Source of the DNA: Myxococcota bacterium
Lineage (GTDB): Bacteria > Myxococcota_A > UBA796 > CAJQPC01
Reading direction: 5' to 3'
Length of the DNA stretch: 64,000 nt
Assembly: GCA_036229005.1 (NCBI GenBank)
Contig: JAZAMN010000059.1
Location: 64,001-128,000 of the forward strand
Below, piece by piece: positions 57,751 to 64,000 of the stretch. Every line of letters starts with the position of its first letter. Positions within the stretch are counted from its first letter, which is position 1. Below the pieces are notes generated by a model. That model was not told where the DNA came from and did no database searches. It saw nothing but the letters and a program-made list of their open reading frames with translations. The position numbers and the translations under genes are program-made.

Positions 57751-57976
57751 ATGTCCGGAGCTCTCACCGCCCTGGCTGACCCTCATCAAGATGTTCGGTG
57801 ACAAGGAGGACGGTGGTGTCGGCAAGGGCATCGGCGGCTTCATCTGCGCCATCTACGCCCTGGTCTGGGGCTGGCAGAACCGCGCCAAGCACAACCACGA
57901 GAAGGTGATGCAGGTCTGGGGCGCGGCCATCGGCCTCGGCTTCGTGTTCAACGCCATCGCCCGCGCCATGGCCTGA
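57751..57976 (+). pseudogene. Small membrane protein, apparently frameshifted near its N-terminus
   Basis: SD+ATG at 57751 stops at 57801; protein-like WLTLIKMFG..GGFICAIYALVWGWQN..IARAMA continues in another frame to 57976. Confidence 0.5.
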
Positions 57977-57996
57977 CCCTGGTCCCTGACCTACGC

Positions 57997-58022
57997 AACC
58001 CTCGGCCTCGGCCGGGGGTTTC
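57997..58022 (+). terminator. Intrinsic terminator-like hairpin
   Basis: AACCCTCGGC-CTCG-GCCGGGGGTT after the dps-tpm gene run. Confidence 0.5.
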
Positions 58023-58069
58023 GTGCTCTGGACCGAGCTCTGCCGGACGAGAGTCCCAAACAGGCAGAA

Positions 58070-58846
58070 CTATCCCTCGAGCAGCGCGCTCCCGATCGCA
58101 AAGGCCGCGAACAGCGCCACCGCGATCCACACCCCGCGCCACAGCCACCGACCCGCAAAGAGCCGCTGGTCATGCACCTTGGCCTCCTCCATCGCCCGAG
58201 GGACGTGGGTGAGCCCCAGCCGCTGGGGCGCCGCCGCCGCCAGCCCCATCGCCAAGGCCTGCCGCAGCAGCTCCCGCAGCACGTCGTCCTCGCGGGCACC
58301 CGAGCTCCACAGAGCGCTGGGCGACAAGATGAGCAGGAGGTCTGCCCCCGAGCGCTGCAGCGAGATGATCCGCCCCCAGGACCGCCGCTCCTCCACCCGC
58401 AGGTGAAGCTGCTTGAAGGCCCGCCGCACCCGCAAGCGCGCCCACAGGCTCCCGCCCCCCTGCGGCAGCTCCCCCAGCCGCGCCGCCTCCGCCAGGGCCA
58501 ACACAAAGGCGTGCCCCATCCCATGCTCGGCCACCAGCGCCGGCAGCGCCTCACGCAGCAGCCAATCAAGCTGGTACTCCGCCATCAGCCAGACCGTGTC
58601 CACGTACTCGGGCCCCGGCCCCCCGCCACGCCGCCCCCCACCCGCGAAGGGGTTGCCGTCCGCCGTGCCGTCCCGGATGGCCTCGTAGGCGGCGTTGATC
58701 GCCTTGAAGCGCTCGGTGGCCTGGGGGTCGTCGGGGTGCAGATCCGGGTGGTGCTGCCGCGCGAGCTTGCGAAAGGCCCGCTTGGCCTCATCCACGCTGG
58801 CGCCTGGGGCCAGCCCAAGGGTCTCGTAGGGGTTCCCGAAGCTCAT
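58070..58846 (-). CDS. DnaJ-domain protein with C-terminal TM
   Basis: [31 protein letters not shown]. Confidence 0.85.
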   Translation of the reverse strand: MSFGNPYETLGLAPGASVDEAKRAFRKLARQHHPDLHPDDPQATERFKAINAAYEAIRDGTADGNPFAGGGRRGGGPGPEYVDTVWLMAEYQLDWLLREALPALVAEHGMGHAFVLALAEAARLGELPQGGGSLWARLRVRRAFKQLHLRVEERRSWGRIISLQRSGADLLLILSPSALWSSGAREDDVLRELLRQALAMGLAAAAPQRLGLTHVPRAMEEAKVHDQRLFAGRWLWRGVWIAVALFAAFAIGSALLEG

Positions 58847-58948
58847 CTGGATCAGCTAACGCCAAGCGCCCCCCTGCACCGGCTCGCCAGGCCCCTCAAC
58901 CCGGAGTACCCTGTGAGCACAGGGCAGGACGAGAGAGGAAGGCACCCC

Positions 58949-59347
58949 ATGCGCGGGACACCTTGGTTCACCCTTTTGCCTGCTGCGCTGCTCATCCCCC
59001 TCATCGGCTGCTTCGGCGCCAGCGAGGACACCAGCGGCCCAGAGGACACCGACCCCCTGGTCTGCGCCGAGCTCAGCCTTGAGGACTGCGCCACCGAAGG
59101 GGTCGCTCAGTGCAGCCTCCTCAGCGGGCGCGCCCTCCAGGACGACGGCGCCGGCGGCCAGTGCGTCGACTTCTCGGTCGACAGCGAGCCCATGGGCTGC
59201 ATCGACGACGACCAGGGCTGCGGCGACGCCGAGACCGTGGCCGCCCCCGCCGACGACCCCGAGAACTGCACCCACTGGTTCCCCTCCACCTGCCTGCCCG
59301 ACGGCTACGTCTACTGCGGCAGCAGCATCGACGAGTGTGCCCCATGA
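58949..59347 (+). CDS. Cys-rich lipoprotein (paralog 1)
   Basis: LIGC lipobox; 10 further Cys; CGDA.T.AAPADDP..C..WF..TC.P. Confidence 0.75.
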   Translation: MRGTPWFTLLPAALLIPLIGCFGASEDTSGPEDTDPLVCAELSLEDCATEGVAQCSLLSGRALQDDGAGGQCVDFSVDSEPMGCIDDDQGCGDAETVAAPADDPENCTHWFPSTCLPDGYVYCGSSIDECAP

Positions 59348-59688
59348 AGCGCCTGACCCTGACCCTGGCCGCCCTGCTCCCCCTGGTCGCCTGCAGCGCC
59401 GAGCAACGCTGCGCCGCCACCGCCGCCGAGGACTGCGCGGACGCCCGCGGCTGCGTCGAGCTCACCGGCCGGTCCGTGGAGACCGACGAGAGCGGCGAGG
59501 CCTGCGCCGACTACGACACCGAGCTGGAGGTCCTGGGCTGCATGGCCGCCGAGCAGGATTGCGGCGACGCCCTGACCCTGGCCGCCCCCGCCGACGACCC
59601 CACGGACTGCAGCTACTGGTTCACCAACACCTGCATCCCAGCGGACATGGTCGCCTGTGACGACTGGCCGGATGAGTGCTCGGAGTAG
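59344..59688 (+). CDS. Cys-rich lipoprotein (paralog 2)
   Basis: LVAC lipobox; ATGA overlap; same 10-Cys pattern. Confidence 0.75.
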   Translation: MKRLTLTLAALLPLVACSAEQRCAATAAEDCADARGCVELTGRSVETDESGEACADYDTELEVLGCMAAEQDCGDALTLAAPADDPTDCSYWFTNTCIPADMVACDDWPDECSE

Positions 59689-59709
59689 TCGGACGCTGGT
59701 CCGGTTGAA

Positions 59710-59967
59710 TCACCAAGCACAGAGCGTCGTGAACTCCCCCATGGGGGTGTACACAAATTTCGAACGTCCCTGGCCGATCTGCTCGGTCATCCAGCCGCTG
59801 ATGTTGGCCTCCTGCTTCTCAAGGCTCAACCCCCCAAAGCGGCTGTGGCAGACCGCCTCCTTCTGGTCCCCCGCCTGAGCCGGGCTGGCGACCAGGAGTG
59901 CGCCCACTCCTGCCCCCAGGACGAAGGTGACTGCGGCGATTCCAAGGGCCTTGGGGCTGATGTACAT
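59710..59967 (-). CDS. Small exported protein
   Basis: AGGAG SD; signal peptide ending AQA; 2 Cys. Confidence 0.6.
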   Translation of the reverse strand: MYISPKALGIAAVTFVLGAGVGALLVASPAQAGDQKEAVCHSRFGGLSLEKQEANISGWMTEQIGQGRSKFVYTPMGEFTTLCAW

Positions 59968-60008
59968 GGCTGCTCCTATGGCCTGCAGAGTACACCGCCG
60001 CGGCCCCC

Positions 60009-61661
60009 TCACCCCGCCAACCACCGCTCCACCAGACCCCGATACCAGTCGCTTCCGGGCTCCTCGACCGCAGCGTCCAGGGCTGCCCGCAGCGCCGCAT
60101 CCAGCGCCTCTGTGTCAGGTGCGGGCAGCTTCGAGCGGGCGGGCAGCTTGTCCACCAGGCGAGAGAGCGCCGAGCTCTGCTGCTGTGCGCCGATGCCCAG
60201 CAGCACCAGCTCCAGGCGCCCCGCGTCCGGGTGCCTGGCGTAGGCGGCCGCCACACTCTCCGCCAGGGTCTGTCGCTCCCCCGGGTCCGGCGAGCGCAGC
60301 CCCGGCGCGATGGCGTCCAGGCGCAGCCCGGCCGGCAGGCTCTTGAGGTCATACAGACCAAAGGACGCGTCCCCGGGCACCTGAACGACCGCCGCGATGG
60401 CCGCGTCCAGCAGCGCCTGGGCGGGTTCCGCTCCCATGGTGGGGTGTCGCACAAAGTACATGAGCTGGTCCGCCAGGCTCCGAACCGTGGTTGCGTGCCC
60501 TGCCGCCACCGCCCGATCCAGCAGCATCTGCGCCAGCTCCAGGCGGGTGCTTGCTCGCCGCACCGGGGGAGTTGGAAGCGCAAGCCAGGCCCGCACCAGC
60601 GGCCTGCATTCCGCCATGGCCAACAGCGCCTCCCCGTCCAGCGCGGGGTCCAGATACAGATCCAGCGCACGCTGCAGATCCACCCGGTGGACCTCGCCGT
60701 AGGTGTAGAGGGCGGCCAGGGTCTCTGCGCGGTGAAGCGGAAGTGTGTCCTCGTTTGTGGCGCTGTGTGCCAGGTGGTCCAGGAGGGCCTGACCGCTCCC
60801 AAAGGGTGTGCCCGTGAACCAGGGAGAGCCCACCAGCCCCTCCCTCGACCCGCTCCAGGGGACCTGCCAGATCAAGCAGTCCAACAGCTCGCTGCGGAAG
60901 GGGAGTGCAGGGCTCGCAGCGAGCAGGTCCAGCGCCACGGCGGCCCGCTCGGGGTCCTTTCTGTGCACACCCGAGCGCAGGTAGTCCGGCAGCAGCGTGC
61001 GCAGGATCATCCGGTTTGTGGGGTCCTGCAACGCTGCCCTCTGTGCGCGCTCCCGCTGGGCCTGATGTTCCCCTTCGGTCACATACAGATCGCGCAGTAT
61101 CCCCGACACCCGCTCCCGCACCTCGATCGCCGGGTCGCGCAGCCCCCCACAGATCAAGGCCAAGTCCTCCACGGTCAGCACGCTCATGAAGTCCAGGAAG
61201 GCCCAGGCGGCGGCCCGCGCGATGGGCGCCGGGTCGTGCTCCACCATCCGCAGCATGCGCTCCTGAAAGCGTTCCTGCTCCAGATACTCCGGGTAGCGCG
61301 CCTCGGGAAAGGCCAGCACCTCGGCCCGCAGCAATCCGTGGGGGTGGTGGTCCAGGATGGCCTCTGCTTGATCCGCCAGGGACTCCGGGTCCTGCACGAT
61401 CCGCTGCAGCGCCCGCCAGGCGTGCTGGGTGTAGCTGGGGATGGTCTTCTCCCACAGATAGCGCAGCAGCCAGGGGGCCAGCTCGGCGTCCAGGGCCGCG
61501 TCCCGCTCGGGGCAGGCCACCAGCTCCGCGAAGAGAGGCAGCAGCGCGGGGGAGCCATCCTCGTGCTCTTCGTCGTGCAGGGACTGTAGCAGGTGGTGGA
61601 CGGGGCTCAGGGCGTCCCGCTCCCACCACTCGACCAGATCGAGCTCCGGGATATCGAGCAC
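60009..61661 (-). CDS. Helical (HEAT/ARM-like) hypothetical protein
   Basis: 550 aa; HDPAPIARAAA and LRDPAIEVRERV HEAT-like units. Confidence 0.55.
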   Translation of the reverse strand: MLDIPELDLVEWWERDALSPVHHLLQSLHDEEHEDGSPALLPLFAELVACPERDAALDAELAPWLLRYLWEKTIPSYTQHAWRALQRIVQDPESLADQAEAILDHHPHGLLRAEVLAFPEARYPEYLEQERFQERMLRMVEHDPAPIARAAAWAFLDFMSVLTVEDLALICGGLRDPAIEVRERVSGILRDLYVTEGEHQAQRERAQRAALQDPTNRMILRTLLPDYLRSGVHRKDPERAAVALDLLAASPALPFRSELLDCLIWQVPWSGSREGLVGSPWFTGTPFGSGQALLDHLAHSATNEDTLPLHRAETLAALYTYGEVHRVDLQRALDLYLDPALDGEALLAMAECRPLVRAWLALPTPPVRRASTRLELAQMLLDRAVAAGHATTVRSLADQLMYFVRHPTMGAEPAQALLDAAIAAVVQVPGDASFGLYDLKSLPAGLRLDAIAPGLRSPDPGERQTLAESVAAAYARHPDAGRLELVLLGIGAQQQSSALSRLVDKLPARSKLPAPDTEALDAALRAALDAAVEEPGSDWYRGLVERWLAG

Positions 61662-61664
61662 AGA

Positions 61665-63119
61665 CTACTCCTCGAAGTACCCGAGCGCCTTGAGCTGCTC
61701 ATTGATCTCCGCGTCGATGTTCCCCCGCAGGGCCTCGTACTCTTCGACCTTGCCCTCCTTGAGGGCGTCGATCAGCCCGGAGAGCTCCTCGACCAGCTCC
61801 GGCTGCCCGGCGGCCAGGTTGTTCAGCTCCCCCGGGTCCGCCTGCAGGTCGTACAGTTCGATGGTGCCCTCGTCCATGGGGTAACCCGCGTAGATGCGCG
61901 TGGTCTTGAGGTGCCGGATCAGCTTGTAGCGCTCGGTCACTACGCCCTCGAGCTGCCTGCCCGTGTGCTCCAGCAGCGCCGCGCCGCCCGGCCCCGGTGC
62001 GTCCAGGTAGGACCACAGATCGGTGCCCCGGAAGGCCTCCGGCGCCTCGATTCCGTTCCTTGCCAGCACCGTGGGCGCCACGTCCACCAACGACACAACG
62101 CGCTCCACGTTCACACCCTTGGGCCCGTCGGGGACGCGGATGATGAGCGGGATGTGGGTGGTGCCCTCATACAGACCTCCGTGTACGAACCACAGCCCGT
62201 GCTCGCCAAGGGACTCCCCGTGGTCGGCGGTGAACACAAAGATGGTGTCCTCCCACTCGCCGGCCGCCTGCAGCTCCCGGATCATCAGGCCGATGTGCTG
62301 GTCCAGCCAGGTCAGGCTGCCCTTGTAGGTGCCCGTGATGTAGTCGGCGGACTCCACCCCATCGACCCAGCGCAGGAAGTGCTCGGACTGTTGGTGATCC
62401 CGCGGAAACAGATCCCAGATCTCCTCCATCGAGACCTCGCCGGGATCGCCCTTCTCGCCGTCAAAGTAGAAGGAGTCATAGGCCGCCGGGGCGTGGTAGG
62501 GCGTGTGGTTGTCCACAAAGTGCACCCACAGAAAGAAGGGCTCGTCCTTGCCCGCGCGCCCCTGGATGTAGTCGTTCACCCAAGGCAGGGTCTTGTCGGC
62601 CTTGCGCACGTGGTCGCCGCGGCGGATGTCCTGGATGCCCTGGGGCACGCCGCTGACCTCGGGGTTGAGCCAGGGCATGTTCAGGTGGGCCGCAGTGCGC
62701 CAGCCCTGGGGCTTGAGGACCTCCGGCAGCGTGGTGATGCGGCTGGAGATGGCCGACACATTGGAGAAGGCCCGGTGGTCGCTCGGATACAGAGAGCTCA
62801 GCAGGCTGGCGTGCGCCGGCAACGTGGTGGTGATGGGCGTGTAGGCCCGGGAGAAGTTCACCCCTTCGGCCGCCAGCCGGTCCAGGTGGGGGGTGTAGAG
62901 CTCCGTGTTGCCGTTCACCGGGAGCATGTCACCGCGCAGGGTGTCCGCGGTGATCACCACAACGTTGTACTTCCGGGGCGCCGGCGAGGTCACCGGGCCC
63001 GCGACCGCAGCGTCCTCGGACTGTGTTGGGGCAGCCGCCTGCTGCTCGGCGGGCTCGGCCTGGGCGGCGGGCACGGCCTCGGGGCGGGTGCAGGAAAGCA
63101 TCATCCAGAGCAGGCTCAC
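61665..63119 (-). CDS. Sulfatase-like lipoprotein
   Basis: TADTLRGD, TTLPAHASLL, TADHGE, ELYDL..DPGE, LKALGY. Confidence 0.85.
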   Translation of the reverse strand: MSLLWMMLSCTRPEAVPAAQAEPAEQQAAAPTQSEDAAVAGPVTSPAPRKYNVVVITADTLRGDMLPVNGNTELYTPHLDRLAAEGVNFSRAYTPITTTLPAHASLLSSLYPSDHRAFSNVSAISSRITTLPEVLKPQGWRTAAHLNMPWLNPEVSGVPQGIQDIRRGDHVRKADKTLPWVNDYIQGRAGKDEPFFLWVHFVDNHTPYHAPAAYDSFYFDGEKGDPGEVSMEEIWDLFPRDHQQSEHFLRWVDGVESADYITGTYKGSLTWLDQHIGLMIRELQAAGEWEDTIFVFTADHGESLGEHGLWFVHGGLYEGTTHIPLIIRVPDGPKGVNVERVVSLVDVAPTVLARNGIEAPEAFRGTDLWSYLDAPGPGGAALLEHTGRQLEGVVTERYKLIRHLKTTRIYAGYPMDEGTIELYDLQADPGELNNLAAGQPELVEELSGLIDALKEGKVEEYEALRGNIDAEINEQLKALGYFEE

Positions 63120-63130
63120 AGCGGCTCCTC

Positions 63131-64000
63131 TCAGTTGGGCACGGTGACAAAGATGGGGCTGGACCAGGCCGCGTCGGGCGTCCACTGGTCCTGGGCCTGG
63201 ACGACCCGGAGTACGTAGAAGTGGTCCCCGGCTGGCGGGCTGTCCGTCCAGCTCCCGGACTGGCGCAGGCTGTCCCCGGCGACCCGGTGCACGACCTGTC
63301 CGTCGCGCAGGATGTGGATCTCCTGCAGGGTGCGCGAGCCCGCGGCCTCCCAGGTGAACGACAGGGGGCCGGTGGCGGTGGTCTGTGTTCCGTTGACCTC
63401 GCCGGTGGACAGGGTCAATACGGCGCCCATGGGGGCCCCAGAGGTGGCGCAGGTGTGCCGATCATAGAGAGCCTCCCACAGACCCTCTCGGGTCCCCTGC
63501 TCCGCGAGCACTCCGGTGAGCCCCTGGGTCCAGGGGTCAGGGCGCCGCGCGATGCCGTGGTGCCAGATCAGGCCGTGGCCGTCCGAACCCGCCACAAACC
63601 CATAATCCAGCCCCTGCCCCAGGCCGTCGTAGGCGAACATACCGGACATGTCCCCCCGGGAGGCGATGACCTGGTCGCCGGCCTGCTCGCTGAGTCCGTG
63701 CACAGACACGATCTCGAAGTTCCGCTGGATGCGGGGGTCGAAGTTCTCCCAGTCCGTGCCGGTCCACGAGGTGTGGTGGGGGACGGAGAAGACCTGCTCG
63801 GGGGCCAGCCCCTGGTTGAGCGCCTTGGTGTCGGGGGCGCCGTCCTTGAAGCCCAGGATGGGGGTGGGCGCCCAGCCCTTGAAGTACAGGTTCCGGTGGC
63901 CGGAGCCCTTGGGCAGCAGTGGCGTGGTCCACTCGTAGGCGTGCAGGGTCACAAATCCCGGCAGGCGGCCAAAGAGCTCGGTGAGCCAGGCCTGCTCTTC
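63131..64000 (-). CDS. PHP-fold metallohydrolase (CehA/McbA / DUF3604-like), 5' end off window
   Basis: YEWT..GHRN, PHH, EIVSVHG, GFVAGSDGH, ATSG. Confidence 0.7.
   Translation of the reverse strand, partial: EEQAWLTELFGRLPGFVTLHAYEWTTPLLPKGSGHRNLYFKGWAPTPILGFKDGAPDTKALNQGLAPEQVFSVPHHTSWTGTDWENFDPRIQRNFEIVSVHGLSEQAGDQVIASRGDMSGMFAYDGLGQGLDYGFVAGSDGHGLIWHHGIARRPDPWTQGLTGVLAEQGTREGLWEALYDRHTCATSGAPMGAVLTLSTGEVNGTQTTATGPLSFTWEAAGSRTLQEIHILRDGQVVHRVAGDSLRQSGSWTDSPPAGDHFYVLRVVQAQDQWTPDAAWSSPIFVTVPN

Noticed and set aside
238..63938. Many long overlapping ORFs (e.g. 1965-4316+, 25030-28311+, 37155-39779-, 41002-43671-, 47579-49888+)
   Set aside because: Antisense or alternate-frame shadows of well-supported genes, expected at this GC content; no motifs

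Overview
Very GC-rich bacterial DNA, probably Myxococcota-like (inferred from the FHA and Ser/Thr-kinase-type proteins and from lipoproteins carrying a 'DC..YPGAPE..DGVDSNCDG' motif). About 55 densely packed CDSs; no rRNA, tRNA, CRISPR or mobile element could be supported. Mostly metabolic and envelope genes: MFP-RND-RND-TolC efflux operon, nagZ, mce, RNB nuclease, cutA, tldD/pmbA, yebC, USP, nhaA, GSIII, pgi, CobW-type GTPase, dps, tpm and two sulfatase-like hydrolases. Two loci stand out. (1) At 26.9-34.9 kb, a stripped-down S8 protease is translationally coupled to a class I isoprenoid-synthase/radical SAM-SPASM fusion, followed by an 82-aa protein and a multi-TM histidine kinase; a class II terpene-cyclase-like gene and a His-less hybrid kinase lie beside them. 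This is a candidate ComQXP-like prenylated peptide or terpenoid signalling system. (2) At 13.5-14.9 kb, an orphan flagellin has an intact vWA/MIDAS domain as its hypervariable region. Also seen: two related inverted arrays of 31-bp repeats, a 43-aa K/R-rich protein below the ORF-track cutoff, a pair of degenerate soluble chemoreceptors, a silk-like Gly-rich repeat protein, a pseudokinase and a probable frameshifted gene. All calls come from reading motifs by eye; no database searches were run.
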